Below, in pieces: positions 14,130 to 26,825 of a stretch of 64,000 nucleotides of DNA. Where the stretch lies: NCBI GenBank assembly GCA_030265395.1, contig JARFYF010000029.1, positions 15,259,517 through 15,323,516 of the forward strand, read 5' to 3'. A program made the position numbers and the translations under genes. How positions within the stretch are numbered: the stretch's first letter is position 1; every line of letters begins with the position of its first letter. The stretch comes from Rhina ancylostomus (lineage: Eukaryota). The notes beneath the pieces are model-generated. The model was given only the letters and a program-made list of their open reading frames with translations. It was not told the origin of the DNA and did not search any database.

Positions 14130-14304
14130 TGCCTCTCAAACCTTCACATCTTCAAAATTTGCCAATACACCAAACAAGCCGAACTCCAGAGAACAAGGCA
14201 TTACGCAGTGAGAAAGCGAGGATGGACACCTTCATACCATCCAGTCCGTGCAAAGAGAAAGTTGGCAAGGTGTCTGATCTCATAAACCGGTTTCAAGGAA
14301 GCAG
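14130..14304 (+). CDS. FGD4: FGD4 window exon 2 (VPLKPSHLQN...MDTFIPSSPCKEKVGKVSDLINRFQGS), F-actin-binding motif
   Basis: ttttcattcag acceptor, CAG|GTAATG donor; KVSDLIxRF frabin motif; phase 1 to 2. Confidence 0.92.
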
Positions 14305-14619
14305 GTAATGATGCATGCCAATGAGCAGTCATATGTAAGGCCGTTTACGTGAAACAAGTCTTTTCACCTTGTTCTTACCTGCTTTAGCCCTTGGTTTCAT
14401 GGCCCATGCTCGCCATTCACTTCCAGATGAATGAATTAATTATTGGAGCAAAGTTATTTTTATCTTTTGAAAGACATCTCTTTATGGGTCAACAGCTGAT
14501 GAAAACCACTGAAGTTAAGGCACTGCATTTTTTTACCAAGTACTTAGCAATCTTTAATTTACTCATGGTGTCAAAGGAGCAGAACGATCTTTCAATATGT
14601 TTTATTATACCGGGCATAA

Positions 14620-14725
14620 GTCAGTTCTGACGAAAGGGTCCTGGTTCTGAAACATTTAACAGTTTCTCTTTCAACAGATACTACCTGACCTGCTGAGTGT
14701 TACCAGTATCTTCTGATTTTATTCA
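14620..14725 (+). repeat. Penelope-derived short repeat with degenerate hammerhead core
   Basis: CAGTT-CTGACGA-AAGGG-TCCTGG-TTCT-GAAA-CA-TT followed by the family motif CAGATACTACCTGACCTGCTGAGT. Confidence 0.6.
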
Positions 14726-15109
14726 ACACATCAAAGCTTGATACGTATAGACTTCATTTTTTATCAATTTAAAATGATATTTGAAGAAGTGTCATTCAAG
14801 TGGGTTTTACATCATTCCATAATGCAGGAGTATAGAACTGAACCTTGCAGAAAACAGGCTGACAATAATGATAATTTATTATCAATTAACATCTAAATTA
14901 TTCTTGTACCATTTCTGAATTTAGTGCAATATGAATTTCTTAAGGAAGCCTTGTTACAATGGTAGCATCACTTTGGCAGTCCTTTTCAAGATGGTTGCAA
15001 ATTGCTGGTACAATTTTAGTAAAATAGCTTTCTATTGTACCTCCATGTAACAAATTGCATTGCTAAAAGTTATGGCTGGTAAATGAGGGTATAGATATTC
15101 CATCATGAT

Positions 15110-15400
15110 TTTATACACCTCTATAAGATCACCTCTCAGTCTCCTACGCTCCAGGGAAAAAAAGTCTTGGTCTGTCCAGCCTCTCCCTATAACTCAATCC
15201 CTCAAATCCTGGCAACAACCTTGTAAATCTTTTCTGCACTCTTTCTAGTTCAATAACATCTTTCCTATGGCAGGGTGGCCAAAACTGAACACCATACTCC
15301 ACATGCAGCCTCACCAGTGTCTTGNNNNNNNNNNGTAGAACTCCACCATAGCCTCCCAACTCCTATACTTGATGCCCTGACTGAGGAAGGCCAGCATGCC
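15110..15400 (-). mobile_element. CR1 LINE ORF2 C-terminal fragment
   Basis: ORF 15144-15359: KTLVRLHVEYGVQFWPPCHRKDVIELERVQKRFTRLLPG..LSYRERLDR. Confidence 0.85.
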
Positions 15401-16239
15401 AAAAACCATCTGAATGTGAGAGGCATATTAATAACCTTTAAAATCAAAGAAAGCTTTGCCAACAATCAAAGTGGGGACAGAGATTCTCCCCATAGCATTG
15501 TCCTCTGTCTAGGGCTGTCAGAAGCATTTCGCAGGTGGTACCTTCCCACTTTGTTGCCACAGCCCAGTACCACACTGCCTGTACCATGTCTCCAGACCCC
15601 AGAGAATGGAGTCTGTATTCTGCCCAGGCAAAGGTAGGGGATAGGGTTTCTGGAGAAGAGACCTGGTTTGCAAGATCTGACCCTATATTTTCTTAGGAAT
15701 AATTGCTCTTGGAAGCAAGGGTGCACGGCACAGCCAGTACAACTCAGAAACTTCAAGACAATTTGTTCAAGGCGTGGCACTGTCTGCAGTTCTCCAGATG
15801 TGTGGAACTTGGATCTTTGCTGATGACAGACAGTGCTGCTGTCTTAGCTAGGTTAGTTTTGAGAAGGGGGAAGGAAGAAAATATATATATTTTAGCTATA
15901 GGGTTGCTTTTTCATTAATACACCAAACTGTTTCATGGGTAATAAAATAAGTTATATATGGATGAAGCCACTTCTTATCGCAATACAACAGACTGACCTC
16001 CATTTGCAAGTTCTGTTATATGGTGTGCTTGTTTAAGTAGGTTTATTTCTGTTCTGTAGAAATGGAGCACTTGCCCTCTTGGGAATGTATTTCTGCACCA
16101 TTTCATACAGCCAGAAAGCAGCAAAAACAACCGGCTTATGTATTTTTTAACTTCCTTTGTAATGCAGCAGCACATAGAATAAAATGAGGTGTTGTTTAAC
16201 CAATGAGTAGGAATTAATATCAGCTTTCTATTTTGATAG

Positions 16240-16720
16240 TCCAGTGAGCCCTAATGATTTGAAGAAAGACGTTCAAAGTGGGTCACCTTCTCCTCGAAAT
16301 CCTGCAAGATCTTTGACTAATTCTCATCAGCCGAAACTGCTGTCGGACCACCCTATTCTTCAACGACAGAGGACGGACACTGTGAAAGCAAATTGTGCTG
16401 CAGAATTTGCTTCAGATACAGGGCTTCAGCCAGCCAATGGACTGGTAAAATCACTTCCAGCAGATTGCACTGAAACTAGCAGTCTTACAGTAGACTCAAT
16501 GATGAACAATAAACAACCAAACAGGGAACAAGCTGCTTCCTTGAATCAGTTGCCGTCTACAGATAGCCTCACAAGAGCGGATGACCTAAATGCTGTCTCG
16601 AATCCACATGGGAAACAAAGAGAGGCATTTGAAGTACAAACACAGACCGTCCTGGAAGCAAAAGAAACTTGGAATGGAGAAATACAAACAACTGAAAATG
16701 AATTGAGTGTAGAAAAGAAG
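16240..16720 (+). CDS. FGD4: FGD4 window exon 3 (large low-conservation linker, SPVSPNDLKKD...VEKK)
   Basis: TAG acceptor 16237-16239, 481-nt open frame (ORF 16244-16744), AAG|GTAAGG donor; phases fit both neighbours. Confidence 0.9.
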
Positions 16721-17699
16721 GTAAGGAATCCATCACAAACTTAATCTTGTACATTCCTATTAAACTGCAGGGTAATTGTTTCTGGAGAAATTTGCTCCAA
16801 ATATTCTGTGGTTAGCAAGCTTATGGGTTGTGAACTGAGAAGGGATCAAGGAAAGATGCAGTGGACTAACAATTATGTGTCTAGAATGGGGATCCAAAGC
16901 AAACATTTTTTCATGTGCAAGTCACGCATAAAGGCAGTTTAATCCAGGATTGATCGTGCTAGCAATCATTTCCAGATGAAATTAAGGGTATTAAAGAATA
17001 TTGGTGTTAGTGCAGATAAGTGCCACCAGATAAGAGATGAGCCACTGTCTTATTGTGTGGGAGAGCAGCCACAAGGAGCCAAGTGGCCTCCTCTGGCCTC
17101 AAATTATTTTTATGAAATTGCATGATCAAGAAGTTTATAGGCATTTCTGAACGCAATTCACCTCGGTGCATTTAACATTTTCCCAGCATGAGTTGAGCTC
17201 CTAATGATATTTCTTCCTTTACTAACATATTGGAGCTTTTAGGGTCAACTAGGACCACTGTTCAACATTCACAAATAAACTAGCACTGCATGGTGCCATA
17301 TAGACAAATGCGATATTTTGCTAACATTGGAATACTTGTCCGGGCAGTTTCAGAACACACTGCAGGCTGTTCAATCATCTTCCAAAGTTCACAGAGTGTA
17401 TTTAAACTTTTAAAGTCATTAGCAGTAGATTCATTCTTTCGGTGTTTCAGCAGTGATGTTATTGATAGCACTCTATTCGTAACCTGCCTTGCAAAGGTGG
17501 GGCAGATCTGCAATAATGCAACAGCTGCTATGCTGGTGTTAATTGTCTCTGCTTAATGAAGAATGTTATCATCCATAAACAAGGACATGCTTCAGCAGTG
17601 TTGGTGCATTCAAAATCACTTATAATCAAAAAAAGGTCAAATAATACAAATATGGAAATTACATTTTCAGTAAAATTATATACCCTAGTACCTTTTGAT

Positions 17700-18430
17700 C
17701 TCACTGCCTTGCATTTCAACAGTTTCCAATATCCTGGTCCCAACTGGTGCACCTTCACTAGGGATATACAGTCTCTTTCCACCTCCATCCCAAATCAACG
17801 AGGTCTGAGGGCCCTCTGTTTCTTCATTATTTGAAGGCTCAAATGGTTCCCTTCATAACCCATTCATTTACTTGACTCTTCTTGTTCTTGCATTGAACAA
17901 CTTCTCTGATCCACTCACTTTCTCCATATCAAAGGTTTAGCCATGGACACTTGCATGGGTTCAGGCTACACCTGACTTTTTGTGAGCTATAGAGAACAGT
18001 TATTGTTTCAGTCCTACTTGGGCCAACTCTCTCAACTTTTTCCAGTACATTGACGATTGTATTGGTGCTGCCTCCTGCATTCAAAGGAATTCAAAAACTT
18101 CACCACTTCTGCTGCCAATTTCCATCCTGTTCTAACATTCACATGGTCCATCTCTAACTCAACTCTTCCCTTGCTAGGTCTCCCCATCTCCATTTCAGGG
18201 GCAACAGACTTGCATTTAAAACTCACTATATCTTGACTATCCACATCTGTCTTGTCTATACATCCTCTCACCCTGCCTCCTTACAGACTCCATTCCATTC
18301 TCCCAGTTCTTCACAATCTGTTGCATTTGTTCCGATAATGAGATATTCTGTACAGGTGCCTCTGAAACATCTTCCTTCTTCCAAAACCATGGCTTCCCCT
18401 TTAATACAACGGACCGAGACCTTGACCACA
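17700..18430 (+). mobile_element. Penelope-like reverse transcriptase remnant
   Basis: IKGLAMDTCMGSGYT*LFVSY..QYIDDCIGAAS..ANFHPVLTFTWSISNSTLPLL, with stops and frameshifts. Confidence 0.75.
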
Positions 18431-21131
18431 AGTGACTTATTTCCAAAAATGAAATGAAAAATATTCAGTAACCTCTTCATTATTATTCCTTAGGAGGCTT
18501 AAACTCCATGGAGATGGGCTTGTGTTGGTGTGTGTAGGGAGTACAATGTTAGGGTTAGGATGGGGTTGTGGAAGATGTGTGCAGCAAAACCCGAATCAAG
18601 TGTGTTTCTGCTTCAGAGCTCAACAACACTCCCAAACACAGATATACATTTTCCCGTCCATTTGCTAACTCAACATCATTACGTTAAACTTGTGGAAAGC
18701 CTTGGTTAGACCACAAACTGTATGTTGTTCACAATATTGCCTTCCATACTGCAAGGATATTTAAACAAGCTGGGGTTCTTTTCTCTATCCACTTCAAGAT
18801 TTACCAGCTGACAATGTTTCCCTACCAATAAATTTCTTATACTGCAATTATTTTTTTCTCATTTTGTATAATTAAATAATCCCAATTATTTCTGTTAATC
18901 ACCCATGAAAACTACAAAGTGCTTCATTTTATTTCAGTGGCTGGTTTGCCTACTATTGCTCAGCATTAATGTGGTGACTCTTCCTCTCTCCCCTACACCA
19001 CCCTATCAACTTGTATTTTCATTGCACTGTCATGGTGGTTCTTCACTTCAAACTTGGGTCACTGCCTTCCTCCCCCAGTTCCGCCTTACCCTTTATACGT
19101 AACACCTTATTTCCTCTCCCTTATTAAAAAGCTTTTCCATATATCATTCTTCACACCCTGTCTGAGTTTATCCCCAAGTTATCCACCCATGTTTTCCCCT
19201 TGGACTTTGCTTTAATTAATTCATTCAATCCTTCCTGTCTCCAACTCAATACCTTGTCCTCTCTCCTATAATTTACCTGCCATCCTGTGGTCCACAACCC
19301 ATATGTACATCAAACCCATTCACCTTGTTGTCTCTGGTGGCTTCATCTGTTCACGGCAGTAAAGATATTTTCATCATTTGCAACTGGCAGTAAACTTTCA
19401 CCCTCTCCAATTCAGGCCATTCTCCTCAATAAATGGTGCCATTCTGTAGTCTTGTGAGTCCAAGGAACAGACTTGAATATATCAGGTGTCATCTATCATC
19501 TGATCTTGCTGAATCAAATTCAATGGTCTCAGTGCTCACTGTCAAAAAGGAGCCTTTGTCTTTAGATACAAGAGAAATTGCTGGGTTTGGAGAGAGAGCA
19601 GGAATATGGTATTGAGATAGAGGAACAGCCATGATTCTCTTGCGTGGTGGAGTAAACTCGAAGGCTGGATGGCCTAATCCTGCTCCTATTTTCTTTGGTA
19701 TTATAGTCATCTATTAGTGTGGGCTTATTGACCTTGCGAAGATTAGCCTGCACAAATCTCTCAACTTGTCCAATACTTTTCCATTCACAACCTGTTGTGC
19801 AAAATATCTACTTTCATTAACTCTCTGAGCATGAATCTCCAGGAGCACCCTGTTCCAGTGCACTGAATTCAGAATTTCCTCCTCTAAAATTGGGCTATCT
19901 AATTGACTCAGTATCACAATTATCCAATAATCTATTGGAGATCTTCAGATAGGATATTTCTTGTATACTGCTCAAAACAAATAGACCAGGATACTTAATA
20001 CCTTAAGTAGAGAAAATGATTTCCACATAGGGGAAGTTTTCTCTGCTCACTTTTAATAACATTAGAAGTTGACACTTTGAATGTGATGTGTGTTTCCTGT
20101 GAGGCGGTACTATCTTTGATTACAGTTAAAAATATGGATAACTTTTTTTATCCATTTCCATCTTGTATCCTTGTATGCTTGTCCGGTACTCTTGCTGAGG
20201 CAGTTGATGGCTACCTACCAATACCTCCCAATTGTGACTTCCTTCATGAGTAACTCTGGATGTGAAATATTATCAAGCTTTTTGATTTTCAAATTATTGC
20301 TAGACTTGCCTTTCATACATAATGATACCTGAAAAATAATTTGTTGTATGAATCAATTCAACAGTCGGTTAGATTTTTCCCTTGCCTGTTTAGTCTTAAC
20401 AAAATTTTACAATGTAGATTAACGGAAGCATAAACTGAAAAACTTACTGAAAGAAATGGGCCCCTAAGATCCATGTAAAGAGTACCTCCTTAACCAATAT
20501 GTTGAAGGACTGTGAATGAGAAGGAAGTGTAAATGAAAATGGGTGAATTCACTTGTGCATTGGGTGCAGATAGGAAAATGAAAGAAAATATTGAATTAAA
20601 AGTATAATAGAAATGACATTTCATGTTTTAAAAAAAACAGAAAGACTGAGACTACTGGCTTTGATTATTAATTTTTGGAACAAGGGTACGCTGGCAGTAA
20701 TTAACACTTAATTCATCTTTCAAATCCTGACAGTGATCAGACCACACGAAAAATGTGCACAATATTAAATGGGTTCAAAACTGTTATTCTGTATCACTTC
20801 AGACGATTTCTTAATGTCTGTATCAAGTTTAATTTGTATCCACTGTGCATTTTATTGATGACCCTGGCAGTGATTTGCCATTTTCCTGAGGTTTGATCAC
20901 ATGTCTGCAATCACCTGAAGTGGTATTGTTTGTAGACAAGTGACAGAGTTCCACTGGCCTTCCNNNNNNNNNNNNNNNNNNNNNNNNNNNNNNNNNNNNN
21001 NNNNNNNNNNNNNNNNNNNNNNNNNNNNNNNNNNNNNNNNNNNNNNNNNNNNNNNNNNNNNNNTCCTATATTATTAATAGCAAACTATGGAACAATAATT
21101 CCATATTAATGCAAACTGTTTTTCTTTGTAG

Positions 21132-21230
<99 letters not shown>

Positions 21231-21294
21231 TGATTTGTTCGGTGTTTGCCTTTCCTTTATACAAGAATTATGACAATTGTTGCTTTGTATAGTT

Positions 21295-21440
21295 TTCTAT
21301 CAAAATCACAATGTGGGATCCTGCTGTGTGCAAACTGACTGCTGCATTAGTGTTTTTACTACAAATTTCCATTCTTGTTAAGGTACTTTGGGATGTCTTG
21401 AAATCATGGTAGGAAGTATATAATTTCAAGATTTTCCTTT
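21295..21440 (+). mobile_element. SINE 3' tail (Deu-SINE/L2-like tail)
   Basis: TGTGGGATCCTGCTGTGTGCAAACTGACTGCTGC..ACTTTGGGATGTCTTGAAATCATGG..TATATAA resembles the tail of the Deu-SINE copies. Confidence 0.45.
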
Positions 21441-21939
21441 GTTTCATCTATGAATCAAACACTTAAGATGAAATTCAGAATTCCAACAGAATTTGCATTA
21501 AAAAGTTGAACCTGTTTTGTAGTTTTCTCAATGAATCAAAACTGTTGAGGAAGGAAATATTTCTCCTTTGTTAGATGTTACCATATAGATGTAGAAGTCA
21601 AACAAAACACTTTTTATTTGCAGTGGTTTCTGAACTCTGTAGCTACATAACATTTAATGGGAGAGCAGGAAGAGCTAATGAACAAGACGCAACTTGGCTT
21701 TTTGCTTGTATTTGTTGACTGTCAATGCTGGGTGAAGATAGAACTGAGTTCATAGTGTCCTTTTCCCCATTTGTTTGACTAGCTCACTGAAACTAAATGT
21801 AGAGTGCTCACAAAAATCGGAAGTATAAAGAGGAATAAAAAGAAAATGTTGAACATACTCAGCAAGTTGGACACATCTTGTCCAGCAAGAATCAATCCAT
21901 TCAAAAGAGAACGGATTCCCTATTTGTGCCTTGGCCTAC

Positions 21940-22630
21940 TTGGCCTTTGTCCTTCCCAGTCTTCCAAAGGTTCCAAAGCCACCCTCTGGGTGAACAAATT
22001 TCTTGTTATCTCAGTCTTGAATGGCTGACCCCTTTGAGACTGTAGCTGTTGGTTTTAGACACTCATCCAGGAGAAATGTCAACATTGTATCTATTCTGTC
22101 CAACCCGTAAGAATTTTGAATGTTTCAATGGGATCACCTCTCATTCTTCTAAACTTCAGAGTACAGGCCCAATCAGGAACCCATTCAGGAACCAACCTTG
22201 TTAACCAATGTTGCATTCCCTCTATTGCAACTATGTCCTTACTTGGGTGGGATGATCAGACCTATCCACAGTGTTCCACATGCAGTCTCATCAGGGCCCT
22301 CTGTAATTTTAGTAAGATGTCTTTAATCTGATGCAAAAGGCCAGAGTAGTATTTCTATTCCAAATTACTTGCTATACCTGCACATTAATTCCTCATTTTT
22401 TGTTTACAAGAACACCCCGGTTCTCTGACCATCAACACCTTCAGTCTCTCACCATTTAAAAAATACACTCCACCGTTCTATGTAATCTGCCAGAGAGAAT
22501 GACCTCATATTTTTCCATATTATTTTCCGTCCTCCATATTCGTGCATTTCTACTCAAATTGTCCCGATGCCTTTCTGCATCCTTCTCGCAGCTTACACTG
22601 CCATCCTTTTTTGTTATCATCAGCAGACTT
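21940..22630 (-). mobile_element. Old CR1 LINE fragment
   Basis: Reverse strand resembles CR1 ORF2 C-terminus (RALMRLHVEHCG.VWSS..KDIVAIEGMQ) and 3' UTR. Confidence 0.6.
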
Positions 22631-22948
22631 GGGTCTGTCAGTGCAAATGAAAATCATAAAACTGCAGATGCTGAAAATCTGAAATAACAATAGGAAAAGC
22701 TGGAAACACTCAGAAGACCAGGAAACATCTTTGGGGAGAGATGGTGTTAACTTTTGGATCACAGATGCTGCCTGACTTGATGAGTGTTTAATTTACTCTT
22801 CAATGGGTTGAATGGGGATTTGGACATTGAAGCTGATAAGTTCAGTTTGTAGACCTTACAGTACTAATGGACCTGAACCTTCCATTTTATAGGTATTAAT
22901 TTTTGCACAACTAATTAAGGCTAATGCTTCACTTAATTTGCTCTGCAG

Positions 22949-23097
22949 GTTTTCTATGCCAAGTTGTTGGAAGAAGCCAATAGCAAAGGTTCCTTTCCTG
23001 CAGAGGTAGTGGCCAAAGTCTTTTCCAACATTTCATCCATTTATGTCTTCCACAGTCAATTTCTACTGCCAGAACTGGAAACACGCATGAATCTTTG
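22949..23097 (+). CDS. FGD4: FGD4 window exon 5, DH ([11 protein letters not shown]...[23 protein letters not shown])
   Basis: ctctgcag acceptor, TG|GTGAGT donor, phase 0 to 2. Confidence 0.96.
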
Positions 23098-23484
23098 GTG
23101 AGTTTTAAAAATTCTTCTTTTTGTTGTATTTCCTGTTAAAAGTTAACAATTGAAAAAAAATGAATAGTTTACTCTGTGTGCAAGACAAATGTAATTTATT
23201 TTCTGGATAGGCAGAGAAGTGTGCAATGCATGGAGTTTTCCCGCAAGGGGTTTGTGAAGGGTAGGTGTCATAGAGATATGAATACTGTGACCTTCCAGAA
23301 GTCTGTGTGCATTGTCCGCAAGTACCAGCTGTATCCTAGTGCTTTGGCACCTGGAAATTATACCTGTGTGATACCAAGTAATGTGGGCAAGATGTTTAAC
23401 ATTATCACAAGGATCCCAAAGATCTCTCCATTCTCCTCTACTACTAATCAGAAGCAAGAAGCTTGATTAATTCCTCTTCTAAAC

Positions 23485-24210
23485 CTGAAAATGCTGGAAA
23501 TGCTCATCATGTCAGGCAGCATCTGTGGATAGAAAAAGAGAGTCAATATTTCAGGTCAATGTCCTTTCATCAGAACTAGGAAAATTTGGACTAAGATGCA
23601 GAGAAGGGGAAGGGTAAAGAGAACAAAGAAAATGTCAGCGATGGGGTCGGGAACAGGAGAGACTGAACGGTGGTGGTGACAGCCTGTTAGGCGCCGCTGA
23701 TTTCTGTCTAGAGGAGATAAAAGTAGAAAGAAAGGAGTATGGGGGGAAAGTAGTGCTGAACACTGAGGTACAAAAGACTGAGGAAAAAAAAATGCATGAC
23801 GTACCCAGCAGATCAGTTTTACTCTCTACTAATGCTTACCTGACTTAGTAGATATTTTTTACATTTTCCTTTGTTTCCAGCAACTGCTCTGTTTGGTATA
23901 TTTGCAGTTTCTCTTTCTTCCTGCCCCTTGGGTTTACATTTCCTTTGATTTACATGTCCTCCAGACAGATAATGCAGTTAACAAGTCTGTACCACCTTCT
24001 CTAAGCTGGCATGACTCCCTTTTCTATCATTCTGCTTCTCTTGGTCTCCATCCCTTCACAGACATTCCCCTTGTTCTCTCCGCCCCTCCCTTTCTCTGAA
24101 ACTTAAAACTGTCTCTTCTTCTCACAGAAGGCCATTGGCCTGAAACATCAATTTTACTTCTCTTTCTCAGATCCTGTTGGAATCTCTCCAGTATTTTCTG
24201 TTTTTTCTTC
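23485..24210. repeat. Inverted pair of Penelope-derived terminal arms
   Basis: 23485-23670 is approximately the reverse complement of 24035-24210 (e.g. CAGAGAAGGGGAAGGGTAAAGAGAACAAAGAAAATGTC vs GACATTCCCCTTGTTCTCTCCGCCCCTCCCTTTCTCTG). Confidence 0.65.
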
Positions 24211-24329
24211 TTTTTTCCATAATCTCTTTCCCCTCCTGTCACAAAGTAACTTAAGGGAGGGTCAGTAGACATAATTCTGTTGAAAGGTACTTGTTACCTA
24301 ACAGATTTTCCAATACATGGAAAGTAAGT

Positions 24330-24625
24330 AAAAATGATTTCAAGGCTGTGCCCAAAGCTTCCTTGCAACAATTGCTCAAGGTGGAGAAGGAGCATTCAGG
24401 ATATGCTCCTCAAGATACAGCGATCCTCAAGTCTGTATCGGGAGCACACAGAAGGCCTGTGTAAATGACATAAGAAGTGCACCACCTCACAAACTACCCA
24501 CCCATCGCGCCATCAGCCATCTCCTACCCCATTTGTGGAAGAGTCTGTGGTTTTCACATTGACCTCATCATTCACCTCAAAATCTATGAAAACTTGATCC
24601 CAAGAGGCTACCAAAGAAAAGGTAA
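24330..24625 (+). mobile_element. RTE-like LINE 3' fragment
   Basis: YPICGRVCGFHIDLIIHLK resembles the RTE C-terminal Cys/His motif; homologous to 28965-29400. Confidence 0.5.
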
Positions 24626-24759
24626 AAAGGTTATATTTAGGGCAGTAATTTTTAGCTGCATGTTTAGTGGTCAGATAAGCACATTGTGACACAGATAACA
24701 GATGGTTCTCTCANNNNNNNNNNNNNNNNNNNNNNNCTCATGAGTTTGAGATTAAGAAA

Positions 24760-25090
24760 TTAGTATTGGTGAAGGATTGGTTACAGGTCAGAAAGCAGAA
24801 GTACAAATGGATCAGTTTCAGTTGTGTATCCTATTCCTTGTGTAGTAGGACCTTAATGATTTATAATTTATACAGATGACTGAGGTAAAAAGACAAATGT
24901 AATGTATCCAGATTTGTTGACAGTTCAAAGCTAGAGTCGAAAGTGACCTTTGAGGAGGCCACAAGGAGTCTATCAAGCAATACAGACAGGTTAAGTGGAT
25001 GTGACAGGTAGACCATAACGTGGAAATGGGAGGTGACTCATTTTAAAGGAAGAAAGGAGAAACAGAACATTTTCTGAACGGTGAGTTTAG
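24760..25090 (+). mobile_element. Old CR1 RT-region fragment
   Basis: Degenerate equivalents of W..DWL..RKQ, IYIND and NVSRFVDSSKL (ISKFADDTKL). Confidence 0.45.
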
Positions 25091-26002
25091 AGTAAATCTG
25101 GATACATTACATTTGCCTTTTCATCTCCGGTGTGTGGTGCCTGAACTGAACACTGACTGTATTCCTCCAGATGTTCCATTTGCATTGGCATAATCTTGAA
25201 CTTTTGAATCCTAATTGTCTAAAGGTAAAGACCATAGTCCCCTCAGCCTTTTTTGATTTTTGTTTCAGGCAGAGAGTTGTTTATTTAGTTCAAAGAGAAG
25301 AAACATAATACCACATGGAACAGTTGAGGGAATAGCATGATATGTTTAAATAGTAGCTGGCTAAAGTGTATGAAGGAATAAGACATGAAAGAAAATGTCG
25401 ATAGAGTAAGCAGGTGGTGCTGTAGGGTGCATCTAGTGGAGTATAAATGCTGGCACTGAGCACTTGAGCCAAATGGCATGTTGTAAATTCAATGAAATAG
25501 CCCTTCACTCATCACTCATCTCACATGAGAGATATTAGTGTTAACTAGATTCTCTCTGTTAATCAGTGTCCATGGATCTTTGCAAACCACCTTCTCACAT
25601 CCATATTCTGACCAAGCCAGACCACTGCTGACGACTTCCCTATACAGCGTCTTTTTGAAAAATTAGTGCAGAGAAATCTCTTCTGAGAACTCTGTTGTAA
25701 TTTTCCTACCAATCATCTCTATTCTTGCAAAACTATTTTTGTTGCTGCAGAATAAATTTGTAATTTGGGAGGGAATAATGGAATAAGATCATACCCTTGA
25801 AATTATTATGAAGAGGCACTCTGCAAAAGGATGCTTTCCTTACACAGTGGGTTTCTAGACAAATTCACTGTTTCAGGAATCATAAACTCCAATTCATAAA
25901 CGAACATCCCATCACCCAACACAATATACTGTACTGTGGGGTTCACTCATTGCTCATTCTTAAGAAACCTGTTTTTGTAATAGCTAAATTTATATCCTGT
26001 AG

Positions 26003-26159
26003 GAATACTACACCACAGATAGGGGATATTTTGCAGAAATTAGCTCCATTTCTGAAGATGTACGGCGAGTACGTGAAAAACTTTGAAAAGGCCATGGCAC
26101 TACTGAAAACATGGATGGGCAGATCACCGCAGTTCAAAGCTATCGTTGAGGAAATTCAG
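26003..26159 (+). CDS. FGD4: FGD4 window exon 6, DH ([22 protein letters not shown]...EEIQ)
   Basis: cctgtag acceptor, CAG|GTAATA donor; inside ORF 25950-26207. Confidence 0.96.
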
Positions 26160-26825
26160 GTAATAACAAGGATGAATCAACTCCTAACTTACAGATGTGA
26201 TAAATAACTTAAAAGCAAAACTCTTACAATTTGACATAGTTTGTATTAAAAGTGATAGTGACATTAATAATTCTTAAAGTGTGATTACAACATTTGAACT
26301 TGCAGCTGAGCCTAATGAAGAGAAATTTCTTCAATTTCATGCACCTTGATGGAATAAAGTGAATGATTTTTTAAAAAGTTACTTTTCCATATTTATTTTG
26401 TTGTACATACTGATCATCAAAAAAAATTGCATTTTTATGCTTTGGATGCTTCAAGTATGAAGTAAATGAACTAAGCCAAGGGAGTGAAGTTTGTGTGGGT
26501 AAATGATGCTGGCTTCCTTCCCCATAACTCGTTCTTTTGCTTTCTTGGCCAAGGATAGAGCAGTGGATTAAACATTCTGTTGTTCTGTTAATGTTAAGTC
26601 AATTAGAAGCATTCCCAATTTATAGGACAAAGTAATATAATCCAAGGAGTGAAGTAATGAATCCAATTCATGCTGCTCACTATGACCTGTGAAGTCCTGC
26701 AATCTCTGGGCCACTGTCTTAGTGAGCAGATGGTAAATGATTGCAGTGACTCTGACAGCAGAGCAGATGCTGGGTATTCTGGATATCAAGGCAACATTTG
26801 AATAAGTGTGGCATTGGAGCACCCT

